Positions 22,043 through 53,404 are shown, counted from the stretch's first letter. The stretch: DNA of 64,000 bases from Phaeosaccion multiseriatum (GCA_965112735.1 OZ218950.1:1798001-1862000); one strand, 5' to 3'. Notes: generated from the letters alone by a model not told the origin. Numbers and translations: made by a program.

Positions 22043-22959
22043 ATGTCTGACAATGAGGGAGGAGACGCCTATGACGCCTTCGCGGACGACGCGGAGGACA
22101 ATGACATGATGGAGGACGAGCCCGCAGACACCGCAGAGCTCGCAGATGAGCCAGAGGACGCAGCCTTACCGCCCACGGCAGGAGGAGGAGCAGCAGGGCC
22201 GGGCGGGGCGGGGGGGGAGGGGGGGATCGATATAATCAACTTAGAGGACGGGGGCGCAGGTGGGGAGAAGAAGCAAGAGGACAGAGTCACAACCAAGTGA
22301 GTGAGTGAGTGAGGGAGTGACGGAGTGAGTGAGTGAGTGAGTAAGGGCACGCCTTGTTGTATTCAGTTTGTAGCTCGTCTCACCTATCTGTCACTACTTG
22401 TCTTTCTTTCGAGAGAATGCAGAGCGTCTTCTACACCAGCAGCAGTGGCAGCAGCGGCAGCAACATGGCATGGGTCGAAGCCCTAACTTTTACCAGTGTC
22501 CACCCTCTGATCCTCTGCTCCCACCACCCTGTGTTCGCTCTCATGTTGAGTATTAGCGGCTTCTAACCAACCACTGAGCTGTGCCTATGGCTCGCATGCT
22601 TTCCTTCACTGGATTGGATCATGACTATTCTTCTCGCGTGCTCGACCCACGCACTTACCAGCTTGCTTCTCTCTCCCTCTCTCTATCTTTCCCTCCCTCC
22701 CCTCCCCTCCTCTCCCATCCCTCCCGTCCCTCCCTCAAGATACATGACAAAGTACGAGAGAGCAAGGGTGCTTGGCACGAGGGCCCTTCAAATCTCCATG
22801 AACGCCCCAGTGATGGTGGACATTGAAAATGAAACCGACCCACTCAAAATCGCCATGAAGGAGCTCAGAGAGAAGAAGATACCCATCATGATTAGGCGGT
22901 ATTTGCCCGACGGGAGCCACGAGGACTGGGCTATTGATGAGCTCATTAACACACATTAA
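22043..22959 (+). CDS. RPB6: DNA-directed RNA polymerases I/II/III shared subunit RPABC2 (RPB6), 2 exons
   Basis: Acidic N-terminus, then RVTTK|[24 protein letters not shown]...[31 protein letters not shown]. Confidence 0.97.
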
Positions 22960-23050
22960 CACACATTTTTTTTTTTTTTATGTACTTTACTTACTTGTAA
23001 GTAACGCTTAAGATGGGAAAATGAGCTATGGTGAGCGGGTCTACCCACAC

Positions 23051-29063
<6,013 letters not shown>

Positions 29064-29283
29064 TGCCCTGCTCTTGCCGCTTCTCTCCAGGCAGCACGCA
29101 GAGGGAAAGCAGCGATCCAGCGACTCCAACAAACACCAGGGGAGGACCAACACGCGAAGACGGGCGTCTGTGATTCACCCCCTCGGGGAAGGGGCTGGCC
29201 TTCTCTCTGTAGTAGAGCTCATCGCCTGCTTCCCTCTGAGTGCCACGCTGCTACAGCTCTTGGTTTAGAAAGGCAAGAAGGTG
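29064..29283. promoter_or_regulatory. Putative bidirectional promoter region shared by NDUFAF7 and NDUFV2
   Basis: Only ~220 bp between the two divergent ATGs; no specific site identified. Confidence 0.55.
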
Positions 29284-31972
<2,689 letters not shown>

Positions 31973-32341
31973 GCCGTACATTGTACAGCTGAGCAGCAAC
32001 AAGTCTGTCTAAGTCTGAGTGTGAGTGTGAGGTGGGAAGGGGCGGTGGGCACATGCTTGTTTGTCTCTTACCACGTTTTTACGTTTTGGTAGAGCGAAGC
32101 AAGGCTCTCAGCTCCTGTTCCACACACATATCTGTCCCTACACTGCCCTACCCCTGCCCTAGCCTAGCTTGACCCAGGGGGGTCTTCCATCTCTGTCTGA
32201 CCCTGGTCGAAACGCCCCCTCTTTCTTATCTCTCTCCTTTCTCTCTGTATAGATGATGTATCCCATATCTATACAATACAAAATACCAACACACACTCGC
32301 AACATCTTACTTTTTGCTATTGTGTTTCCTGACGCTTGAGA

Positions 32342-32372
<31 letters not shown>

Positions 32373-32700
32373 GGAGGCCCTGCCCCACGCACGAATTGAT
32401 CAATGACGTCCTTGACCCACGAGGGCTGTTGCTCCAATGGTGCCGGGTGGTACGGGAGAAAAGAAAACTGTGTTGGTGTCAATGAATTGATGGGAAGTGC
32501 ATCTCTACCCGGAAAAAGGGGTGTTTATGTGTTTATTGACATATTAGGAATCACATAAGAAACTGCTTGTGTGTGTGTGCGTGTGCGTGTGACTCTGGGG
32601 CCCAAGGACGTCAGTTGGTCAGTTGGTCATTCGGCCAGTCACAAAACGCGGCCTCACAGCTCAAAGCTCACAGCTCAAGCTAACAGCGACAGCTCTCGGT

Positions 32701-34560
32701 TTAGACAAGCTCAAGCATGTGCAGCAACACCTGCACCGTGGCTACCTCCAGACTCGGCTTCTCCTCACAAATGTAGTGGTGAGTGTCACACGAGTCCTCA
32801 AACCGCGGCGAGGTGATGGCGAACGAGTCCAGTAGGCGCACAAGGGGTAACTGCTCTGCTACAATCCTCCTGACCCCCTCCGCGGCGAGCCGTAACTTGG
32901 TATTGGTTCGAAACTCCCTCCCTTGAAAGAGGTTGTAGGCCCAGCTCGGGGCCGTTCGCACCACGATCCGACTCTGTACATCCGGCGGTAACTCCTTGAT
33001 GTGCTGAGCTATGTGATGAAACCAATACAAGTAGTGCTCCACACTCGAGTCCCGCAGATCCCACTGCCCGGATTCGATGATGATCCAAGGGGCTTCCTCC
33101 TCCGTCCAGCGACCGGCCTCTTTGGCCTTTTGCTCTCGCTTCATCTCCTCCAGGAAGGCGAAGATGACCCCATCCTTCCCATCCTCAAAGTCTAATACGG
33201 TGACGTCTTTGTCGCAAGACGGGCGGCTTTGATCCCACTTGCCTGGTAAGTGGTTCGTCCACCCAGTGCCCCACTCATAGACCACTTTGAGATCGGTGTA
33301 CCTATGCAGGAACGCTACCATCTCACGCTGGTGCGAGTCCCCGATAAATAGCAGAGGCCTCTTCTTCTTGCTCCTGCCCTCGGTGCTGGTGCCGGTACTA
33401 GAACTGGCGGTTCGTAGTCGTCGTCTTCCTCCTCTTCCTCTTCCTCCTCCTCCTCCGCCGCCGCCGCCGCCGTCGGAAGTCGTGGAGTTGTATGGGAAAG
33501 CAATGGCCTCTAAGTGGCAAGACCACGGCTGCCAAACAAATTTGTCCTGTGCCTCGATAACGGCTTTCTCACCTCCCTCCGTGCCGTCGGCGTTACGAGG
33601 CTTCGGCACCCACCGCCCGGAGCCGCCACTCCTGGCCAGATCGGCGGGGGAGCAGAGCGGGGGATGGGAACCCCCACCCTCACCCTCATGACCACCACCA
33701 CCAGTATAGCCACCATCACCATCACCATCGCTGGACCTGCCCCCCCGTCCCTCCCTCCGCTCCGGAATGCCTGGTGCGACCACATTGATGCCTGGGACGG
33801 AGAAGGTGGTTCCAATGGGAGGAACCGCGCACATGGACTCGGGGGGGAGCAGCGTTTGCAGCGCCACTGCCTCGCTCTCGTACATGACGGACCCCTCCAG
33901 GCTATATTGCCCCACTTCGCGTATAAAGCACCCTAACCGGTAGGTGGCCGAAGCCATCCGCTCGTCCTCGACGATGGGGTGCACCGAGACAGCCGCTGAG
34001 CAGTCAAGCAACGCGGGCCCCCGAAGCCGGAAGGTCACTACTGGTGCCTCTGGTACTTGCCATTCTTCTGCCTTTGCACCCCCCCCTAGCGACAAGTTAT
34101 CACCCGTCGAGAAGGTGGTGCTGCATTCAAGCCTGCACTCCGTGCCCGCCTGGCAATGCCCGGGGCCCCCGCTGGGCTGCTTCTGGGGGTGAAAAAACTC
34201 TAAGACTGCGGAAAACATCCCTTCTTCAACCTTCTCCCGTTCCTGCGTTTGCTGCTCCTGGCGGCAGACAAAGTACCTCTCCTGCAAGCGCTCGGGGCTC
34301 GCTCGGACCTGCTCAGGCCAGTCATCCGAATCCCTTTCCCTCGTCACCACCCGGACAGCTTCTCCCCAGTCGAGTGCGTCCTCGGCTTGGAAGGAGAAGG
34401 AGGTTGGCTGCTCCCGATGCAGTGTTGTTTTCTCTGTCTCTGTCTCTGTGGGGCCTTCGTCGCTGCTGCCAGCATCAAGTTCTAGCAGGACCGATTGCGA
34501 TGTGAGCTGAGAAGAACGAAGAAGCGCAATCGCCACCAGCACGTAGCGTACCAGAGCCAT
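32701..34560 (-). CDS. Intronless 619-aa secreted/membrane-anchored protein with an SGNH-fold PC-esterase (TBL/Cas1p/NXPE-like) domain
   Basis: Uninterrupted ORF with a hydrophobic N-terminus; GRW...WQPWSC, LLFIGDSHQR (GDS), SGQWDL and C-terminal DTHH (DxxH). Confidence 0.75.
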   Translation of the reverse strand: MALVRYVLVAIALLRSSQLTSQSVLLELDAGSSDEGPTETETEKTTLHREQPTSFSFQAEDALDWGEAVRVVTRERDSDDWPEQVRASPERLQERYFVCRQEQQTQEREKVEEGMFSAVLEFFHPQKQPSGGPGHCQAGTECRLECSTTFSTGDNLSLGGGAKAEEWQVPEAPVVTFRLRGPALLDCSAAVSVHPIVEDERMASATYRLGCFIREVGQYSLEGSVMYESEAVALQTLLPPESMCAVPPIGTTFSVPGINVVAPGIPERREGRGGRSSDGDGDGGYTGGGGHEGEGGGSHPPLCSPADLARSGGSGRWVPKPRNADGTEGGEKAVIEAQDKFVWQPWSCHLEAIAFPYNSTTSDGGGGGGGGGGRGRGGRRRLRTASSSTGTSTEGRSKKKRPLLFIGDSHQREMVAFLHRYTDLKVVYEWGTGWTNHLPGKWDQSRPSCDKDVTVLDFEDGKDGVIFAFLEEMKREQKAKEAGRWTEEEAPWIIIESGQWDLRDSSVEHYLYWFHHIAQHIKELPPDVQSRIVVRTAPSWAYNLFQGREFRTNTKLRLAAEGVRRIVAEQLPLVRLLDSFAITSPRFEDSCDTHHYICEEKPSLEVATVQVLLHMLELV

Positions 34561-34953
34561 GGCTACTAACTATTTGACTTGCTACAATTCCTCCCCTCCT
34601 CCTAAATGCCACTGGCCACTGGGCCTCTCACTGGGCCTCTCACGCGTCCCTATTGAGAGAAAGGAAAGCACAAGTATTGTTGGAAGAATGCACCACCCAC
34701 TAGACATTGAGGGAAAGTGTAGCTACTCCATCTCGCCTCTTCTCGTCTGTCTTTCTACTGTCTGGGCTCTTCCCAGCTAGCTAGGGAGAGTTTTGCGAGG
34801 AAAAAAAAAACACAAACGTGAAACGTGTCTCCCTGACTTACTGTCATGTCTTGCTTATGACAGGGCTCGATCTTCTTCTCCTTTCCCTCCTTTCGATTAT
34901 TACTTAGCTGTGGTGGGGCAGTGAGACACGTGTACCCTTGTCTGGCTCTCACG

Positions 34954-44854
<9,901 letters not shown>

Positions 44855-45356
44855 CGATGACGAGTTGACGACGGTTACATATGATTATATATGGAATACG
44901 TGAGACAGGCCGCTGTGGTACTATGGCACTCTAAGCATTTTGCCCCACGCCCCATATGAAGCCGTATGCCCCTCGATGGAAGAGACGAGAGACCGGATCG
45001 ATCGACACTAACTCCAATGAGAGAAGAGAGTGTGAGGAGGAGAGCGAGGGAGCACGAGGAGAGAGAGAGAGAAGCTTATTACGCGTGCTAAAACACCGTC
45101 TAGACTGCTTGCGTGTCTGTCAAACGACCTTCCTCTCACATACATGAAATCAAATCCCCTTTTTTTTCCCCTCTGTTTGCTGTACACTAGTATAGAGAAA
45201 TGCTGGTCTCTCGCCTCCCTTCTTCCTCCCTCTCAGCTATCGACGCAAACCTTTCATCATCTCTCTCCTCCCATGGGCGCCCCTGACTCCTCTCCGAGGT
45301 TGTGCCGAAATGGGGTGCTCCCCCTCTCCTATCTTGGCCAGCTATCAAATCGAAAC

Positions 45357-45851
45357 TCAAAGCGCCGTGCCCCTCTCGAGGTTCTGCTTAATCTCCACAG
45401 TGTACTTGTCGTAAAAGCGCCGCAGTTTCTTGTTGTAGTGATCGTTCCTCGCGTTGATGCCGTCCACATCGGCGTCCTCCTGTACACTCTTCCTCTTGGC
45501 AAACTTGGCCCGTGCCTCTGCCTGTTTCTCCATATCCGCAGCGAGCCTGTCCAAACCCTCCTTGCTGACATCGGAGGTACCTGTCAAAAGGAGTTGTTCA
45601 GGGGGGGGGGGGGCAAGTAGGAGGAGGACAAAAAAGAACGACGAGATGAGAAAGGTGGTTACAGAATGCAAGGGGAGGCTCCGACGGCGGGGACATCCCA
45701 TCCACCCGTTGAAAGACAGAGGACTTTTACGGGGTAAAATTTGCTTCAAATGGCACAGAGCCCAGCGAAAAGGACGTTACGGTACAAGTAACACACGCAC
45801 ACACACACCCTCTCTCTCTCTCTCTCACACACACTCACTCACACCCACCCG

Positions 45852-45882
<31 letters not shown>

Positions 45883-48800
45883 ACACCTCCGTAGGTGGTG
45901 GCGTCGCTGGCAGACGCGAGGGCTCCGCGGGCTCCGGGTCGGCCTGCTTTAGGGAGCACGTCGAGCCTGGCGGGATGGGAGGGGATGGAAAGGGGGGTGA
46001 GTGTGAGGAGGGAGGGGGGTGGGGAGAGGAGGAGGAGGAGGAAGAGAACGGGGGGGCACTGACACCCTCTCGGGTTACATGCTTGACATGCTTGACATGC
46101 TTAACATGCTTGACATGCTTGACATGCTTGACTCTCGGTGTCCAGCCTCTTGGCTGGCTTGCTTGCTGCATTCTCGTACCTCTTTTGGTAGGCCCTGTAC
46201 AGCGAGTCTTGGTTAAACACGTCCCATCCGAAGGACTGTTGGCTCTTCTCCTTCCTTCGCTCCCGCTCCCCCACTGCTCCTGCTTTCTCTTTTGAGATGG
46301 AAGAGGAGGATCAGCAGCACCATCAGCAGTAGTATCAGCATTAGCAGGAGCATTAGCAGCAGCAGTAGTAGAAGTAGACTCAGCAGTATAATTGGTGAAG
46401 AGATGGTGAGAGAGGGCAAGCAGCGCACAGGAAAGCGCAGGCTCGTCCTCATGGCCCTCAATTCGCTGTACGTACATTCAACGCCCATACATCCTACCCA
46501 TATACATCTCCTCTCTCCCCCTCCTTTCTCCTCTCTTCTCCCTCCTCCTCTCCACCCCCTCCCTCCCCTCCCTCCTCTCCTCCCCCCCCCCGCCTCCTCT
46601 GCTCTCCCATCCCCTCCCCTCCCCTCCCCTCCCCTCCCCTCCCCTCCCCAGCCATGCACCACCTCCACACACACACACCTGCTGTCTCCAACATGAATGC
46701 TTCTTCCTGAGTTAAGCCCCGCTCCTTCATCTCCGCTTCCCACGCCTTTTTGGCAGAATCCCGCTCTATTGCCTTTTGCTTCTTCTCGTACGCAGGATCG
46801 CTCAATCTGCACACATGCGGCGGTAAAAGAAGGACGGACCAACAGGAGGAGGAGGGGGTGGGTGGGGGGGGAGGGGAGAGTCAGTGAGTGAGTGAGGGAG
46901 GAAGGGACTGAATGAGTGAGTGAGTGAGTGAGTGAGTGAGTGAGTGAGTGAGTGAGTGAGTGAGTGAGGTGAGTGAGCTAGTGAGCCAGTAAGTGGAGTG
47001 CAGTGAGTGAGTGGGAGAGGAAGCTGTAAGTGCCGTGCGAGCGAGTGCATAAGTCAGTGGGTTGAGTGAGTACGCTGAGTACAGTTCGAACTTGCCTGTG
47101 AAACTCGTCCTTGACCTCCTTCTTGTTGGCCTTGCGTGAAGCATTCATCTTCATCTTTATTTGGAACATTCTCCTCTCCCGATCGCTCATGCCGCTGGTG
47201 TCTATCGCCTCTTGCTCCTCCTGCTCCTTTGCCTCTTCCTGCTCCCTTCTCACCGCCTCCTCCTCCTCCTGCTGCTGCTGCTTCCGCCTCTCCTCCTCCA
47301 GCTGCCTCTTGCTCTTGGCCTTTCCCCCCTTACCACCCCCTTCCTTGCCTCCTGCATCGGTCCAATTCTTGATGCCCGCCTTGCCCGCCTCCCTGCCGAT
47401 CTGACTGAGAGGCACCTCTTCCCCCACCTGGCCGCAGTCTGAGATCATAACGTCCTGGCGGGGCTTATCGTTTCCTCCCGTGGACACCTATACACATACA
47501 TACATACATACATACACATACACACGCACACACATACAGACACATACACACACATGACCGACGAGTAAAGGCGTTAGCTTCAAGAAATTTACATCACCAA
47601 AACCATCCCAACCCTTGTGAGCCATTGCACAAACCCTTACGGAAACCATCACATATGAACCTTACGTACGTACCTTTTCTAGCAGCTGCACCACGCCCAT
47701 GCCCTCCACCACCCTCCCGAACACGACGTGCTTGCCGTTGAGGTGCGGCGTGGCGGTGAAAGTAATAAAGAACTGAGAGCCGTTGGTATCAGGCCCCGCG
47801 TTGGCCATACTCAACAGGCCTGGAGAGGAGCAAGGGGCGGAACAGAGTGGGTGAGGTTGGGTGGATGAGTGTGGGGGAGGTTGGGTGGATGAGTGTGGGT
47901 GAGGTTGGGTGGATGAGTGTGGGTGAGGTTGGGTGGATGAGTGTGGGTGAGGTTGGGTGGATGAGTGTGGGTGCGATTGGGTGGATGAGTGTGGGTGAGG
48001 TTGGGTGGATGAGTGTGGGTGAGGTTGGGTGGATGAGTGTGGGTGAGGTTGGGTGGATGAGTGTGGGTGAGGTTGGGTGGATGAGTGTGGGTGAGGTTGG
48101 GTGGATGAGTGTGGGTGAGGTTGGGTGGATGAGTGTGGGTGAGGTTGGGTGGATGAGTGTGGGTGAGGTTGGGTGGATGAGTGTGGGTGAGGTTGGGTGG
48201 ATGAGTGTGGGTGAGGTTGGGTGGATGAGTGTGGGTGAGGTTGGGTGGATGAGTGTGGGTGAGGTTGGGTGGATGAGTGTGGGTAAGGTTGGGTGGATGA
48301 GTGTGGGTGAGGTTGGGTGGGGATGGATGGGGTTTGGTGGCGGTGGGGTAAGAAAGAGTTGAGTTAGAGCAGGCCAAAAGGTCATGGATGTGTGTGTATG
48401 TGTGTGTGTATGCGTATGGCAGATGTCCTTGGTGTCAAGAAAAGCAGCCTAAAGTCAAGCAAGGAGGAGGAGTCAACGAGTCAAGTGGCATTTGGTTAGT
48501 TACCTGGCCTGTCGTGCTGGAGATCAAAGTTCTCATCTTCGAACTTTTCCCCGTAGATGCTCTCCCCTCCCGTACCATCGCCCTTGGTGAAATCGCCACC
48601 TGTGAGTGAGGATACACAACACATACACATAGATAGGTTCATACCACCAAATCGTAACGTTTACACACACAAAGGTGGTGTTCGGTGCCAAGGTCAGAGG
48701 TCAGACAAAGGCATGGCAAGTCCTTTACATACACACAGGAGATGTTGTTCTGATGCGGACAACAACAACTGGCAGCGGTGTGAAGGGTACGCCTTCCCCC

Positions 48801-49859
48801 ACTTCTCTCTCCCTCTCACTTGTGGACATCCCCCACCCCTTCCCCTTTCCCATTACACACACATACGTAATTCTTAGGTTGATTCCTATAAGTCAGTGTA
48901 CATACACGCCTGACTCGGGCTTGCTTACCTTGCGCCACTGGAGAAAGAAAAGGAGGAGTGACAAGCGGGAATGAAGAGGGGCGGGAGGGGGGGGGGCGGG
49001 GGGGTCAGTGGATAGAAGATTGGGTTCGAAATCGAATGGAAGAGGCTGAGAGGCAGCGTGGCACGAGGATAGAAGAGTGGGAAGGGAAAGAGTGGGGCTA
49101 GATCGAATCGAACGGGATGCCGGGCAGCGTGAGCGGCACTTACTGAATCCGTCAATGATGCGATGCAGACAACTGTCGCGGAAGTGGAGCTTGGAGCCGC
49201 TCCTTCCCTTGCCGCGCTCTGTAGCAGTACAACCAAAAGGCGAAAAGAGAGAGAGAGGGAGGAGGGAGGGAGGGAGGGAGGAGGGAAGAGAGAGAGAAAG
49301 AGACAGCGACAGAGAGAGAATGGTTAAAGCACCGCTTCACCTGCAGTATGGCCGCCCCAACAGCCAGCTCTCCGGGATGTCGCTTCGCCCTCTACATATC
49401 AAGTATGCCCCTCCCTCCGCTACCTCCGCACTCCACGTGTAGCAGGCCTATCACATCTTAAAAGGTCTCGCCCCCCTCCATCCCCCCTTCCTCACCTCCG
49501 GTACAGAGCGCTCGGAAGTTCTCCGCAGTTCGGGGCACCACATCTGCAAAGAGCTCGAACTCAACTCGGCCCACTGAACAAGAGGGTGCGTGGCGTGGCA
49601 CAACAGACCGGAGGGTGTAGCGAGCGAGGCGGCAGGAACGTTAGACTAAGTTGCAGCAGATTGGGTGAGCGGAGAAAGGGTGACAGCACAGTGCCGAAGT
49701 TACATCAAAGCCAGTCTCTCAGTGCCCCTCGTGCTGGGCCTTGAGAGAAGAGTGGAGAGAGGAGAGAGAGGAAATCAGGAATTGATCGTCCGTACCTTCT
49801 CTCTGGCCTGCTGTAAAGTCCATAAACACCCTGGGATTACTCTCCGCTGGTGGAGCCAT
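45357..49859 (-). CDS. Cyclophilin-type PPIase fused to a C-terminal SYF2 splicing-factor domain
   Basis: [15 protein letters not shown]...[21 protein letters not shown]...HRIIDGF|MAQ|[17 protein letters not shown]...[19 protein letters not shown]...[10 protein letters not shown]; C-terminus FGWDVFNQ...[33 protein letters not shown]. Confidence 0.92.
47845..48319. repeat. Intronic minisatellite, ~19-20 copies of the 24-bp unit GAGTGTGGGTGAGGTTGGGTGGAT
   Basis: Near-perfect tandem array filling most of a cyclophilin intron. Confidence 0.95.
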
Positions 49860-50593
49860 CACGCCCGCCCCTCCGGCTTCCCCTGCGGCTTCGAAGCCCC
49901 TCCCTCTTTTCTCTCTTCCCTCTCTAAACTCCTCCCCCGCTGCTGGTCCTCCTGATCGGGGCGAATACACTCCTCCCCCGCTTGTCCAGCCCTATCTCTT
50001 TTCTCCAGGCTTTCCCCCCTTATCTGAGTCTCTATCACGAGTACTTCAACGAAAGAAGGGAGGGAGAGCACACAAGAAAGAAGAAGAAGAAGAGGAGGAA
50101 AATGGGGAGTGGGGGATATCAGTGGGGAGGGCAGGCTTATGGAGTCCTGAACTCTATATAAAAAGTAGATATACTCTACTCTAAAAGTAGAAAATTTTCC
50201 TCCTAGCCCCCCCCCCCTCCTCTCAGCCCCCTCAATTCAACAACAATTCACATCCCCACAACATCCATCCAGCACACAACAACATAACACGACCACAGCA
50301 TCGCCAGCAACTCACCCTGGTGAAGGCAAGGCAGCCTTTGTTGGCTGTGTTTTTTTTTTGATTAACCACCCCTACCCGCCGAATTCCTTGTAGTGCAGTA
50401 GCAGTTGACCGAAAGCAGCAGCGGTGGTAAACCACCACCAGCAGTATCAGCAGCAGTAGGAGAAGGAGAAGCACGCGGTGTGCATCAATTCCCGCCTTGT
50501 ACCCTTAGATGATGGGGGAATAAGCTGAGAGAGGAGGATCGTGGTCCAGCAGCAAACGGGTGAGCAGGATTTAGAGAACAAAACCAAACAGAG

Positions 50594-52008
50594 ATGGCTC
50601 GCCGTAACTTGGGCATATCTTGCGAGGTGCAGTTTGAAGCACCCGTAGCCGAAGTGATCGAGGCAGAGGCCTTGGCAGAGCTCATTGTAGCGGCATCAGC
50701 AGGGGCAAGTGGGGGGGGAGGAAGAGGAGGCGCCGGACGCGGCACCGGCGAGGAGGAGGAGGATGCCATGATGCTGGGGCTCAATGATGGCGCGGAGCCC
50801 GGCGCTCCCGGCCACCGCAAGGAGCTCATCGTCATTGACACGCGAGACGCCGACCACGCCGGTGGCCACATTAAGGGGGCCATCTCCATTCCATACGACA
50901 AGGTTAAGGCCCACCTCCCGCAGCTCGTGGCCCAGCACGGCAAAGGGAAAGTGCTGGTGGTCTACTGCATGTACTCCAAAGAAAGGGGCCCACAGGCGGC
51001 GGCGGACTTGCTGCTGGCGCTGAGCAACGAGGGTGGGGATGCCAGTGAAAGGAGCGACGTGTACGTACTTCGTGGCGGCTTTCACCACTGGTTGAATAAC
51101 TGGCTGGATGACGCGGAGGACTGCGAGGCCTTCATCGAGAACTACGAGCCGGATCTCTGGCGCTTTGAGAGTGAGAAGATGCAGGTAAGAAGGAAGGAAA
51201 AGGAGGAAGAGGGGCGGGTTGGGCCGGGCCATCTCAAGTCGACAGGCCAGCGGGGTGGGGTGGGGAAGGTGTGCTGTGTTAGGCAGGATACACATAGGGT
51301 ACACATAGGGTACACACATGATACACATAGGGCACACATAGGATACACATAGGATACACATAGGGTACACATAGGGTACACATAGGGTACACATAGGGTA
51401 CACACAGGGTACACATAGGGTACACATGGGGTACACACAGGATACACATGGGGTACACATAGGATACACATAGGGTACACATAGAGTACACATAGAGTAC
51501 ACATAGGATACACATAGGATACACATAGGGTACACATAGGATACACATAGGGTACACATAGGGTACACAGGTGGGATGGGGCCTCGTAGTGGGTGGTAGA
51601 GGGAGAAGGTGAGAAGGGGAGGGAGGGGACGTACAATGTGAGTGGAGCCCCCAAGAGAGAGGGGAGGTGGAAGAAAACGGTTGCCTCCCGGCCTCTCCTG
51701 CGGTTTGAGATACCATAGTGTACTCTTGCCTCTTTCTCCCCTCTCTCTGTCCCTCCCTTCCTCCCTCCCTCCCTCTCTTCCCCCCCCCCCTCCCCCCCTC
51801 TCTCTCTCACACACACACACTCTCTCTTGCCTCTCTTCATTTCTCTCTCTCACTCACTTTCTCTCCCTCTCTCCCTCCCTCCCTCCCTCTCCCTCCCTCT
51901 CTCTCTTCTCTTGGACAGCTTGTGCACACCTGCGACCACCCGGATACCTCTCTTGATGTGGCCATTCGAAGGCTCAGCAGCGAGGGCATCCCCGGGGCGG
52001 AGGTGTAA
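50594..52008 (+). CDS. Cdc25-like rhodanese-domain phosphatase / arsenate reductase (Acr2/Ibp1-like), 2 exons
   Basis: IVIDTRDADHAGGHIKGAISIP, VVYCMYSKERGP (Cx5R) and VYVLRGGFHHW; exons 50594-51184 and ~51919-52008. Confidence 0.82.
51286..51570. repeat. Intronic 11-bp tandem repeat (GGGTACACATA)n
   Basis: About 25 units are visible. Confidence 0.93.
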
Positions 52009-52398
52009 GCGACTAGACGGGTGGGAGGGGTGAGAGAAAGACACACACCACACACACACATACACACACGCTCACACTACTTCATACCCACCTGTCCTCT
52101 TCGTCCTCCCCGTCTTGGATCTTGACTTTGTGTGGTATGGTAGAGTGGTAGAGCGAGGCGTGGGGGTTGGGTCCGTTCCCATCTGAGTTGTCAATGCAAT
52201 GCTTGTTTGTGTATTGTGATTTGGACCAGCCGAACGTATGTGTATGAATATAGCCCATTCATTCGCACAGACATTCAGCATTGAATGGCAGCGTGGGTGA
52301 GGCTGGGCAGCTTTTGTTGTGATGTTGTTGTTCGTGTTGTTGCCGTTCTATATAGTGAAGTGACTCTGAATGATGTAGGGTAGTGACAGCATTAAAAA

Positions 52399-52437
<39 letters not shown>

Positions 52438-53370
52438 ATTTCCCTCGTCTCCTTCGTTAGGCAGTAGTCAGGCAGGCGGGCAGGGAGGGAGGGGGGGGGG
52501 GGTATTATGTCAGTGGGCTTTGGTCACACACACAACACATACACAAACACACACACACACTTCTCTCTCTTGTATACTGGGGCGATGGTGTGGTCAGTGG
52601 GCCCTCGATAGGTTATATTAGGTCGTTAAAAGACACCCACTCTCCCACGTAAGGGCGGGGTTGTACACGTAGAGAGGGGATAGAAACACTTGTCTGTGGG
52701 CTATGTAAGGAACGGATCGGTCCCGACGATCCCGACTCTCTCACTTGAATCGGAACACACACACACCCTAACTTCAGACCTTTCTAATGAATAAGAAGAA
52801 AGGAACAGAAAAGAAAGAAAGAGGGGGAGGGGCTGTTGCACTCCCCTTGCCCACCCCTACCTGGAGAGACAACAATGACTCAACTCGGCGATGGAGGCAC
52901 TATAGGGGGGGGAGGGCCCTCGGGGCTGCAAGACACCCATACGTAAGACCCGCATGGCCCTCACGTAAGGAATAGGAGTTTCAGTTTGTTAGGCCTCCCC
53001 AATATAGTACTGAACTTGATGGAGGTTGGAGGAGGCAACGATGCCGGCATTCGACTTGTCTCGACGAGGGCAACACGATACGCATGTTCAAACTCGCTAA
53101 AACAGTAGGAACCAGTTTGAGGTGGTGAAGGGAGGGGGGGGGGTCGTTTAGGTGTATTTTGGGCGATTGCTCTTACGTTAGAGCGGCGTAAGCCGCTCAC
53201 GTTGGAGCGACGAGTAACTTGCCTGCGTCCTCTCCGTTCACACCCACATCCGCGACGACTAAAAGATTAGAAGTAGTTGTATAAAAATTTAGAAAAAAAA
53301 CTATGTAAGCAACCACCCCACACCGGCTTTCCAGCATTCCAAACGCCCCGCCCCCCTTCCCCTTCGGTCT

Positions 53371-53404
<34 letters not shown>

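Noticed and set aside
34612-34642. Duplicated CACTGGGCCTCTCA as a shared bidirectional promoter motif
   Set aside because: Not clearly present in the other five divergent intergenic regions; it could be a simple local duplication
47789-48385. ORFs with MSVGEVGW / HPTSPTLI repeats
   Set aside because: This is a 24-bp minisatellite inside a GT-AG intron; the flanking exons join to give the intact cyclophilin (HDRP|GLLSMANAG)
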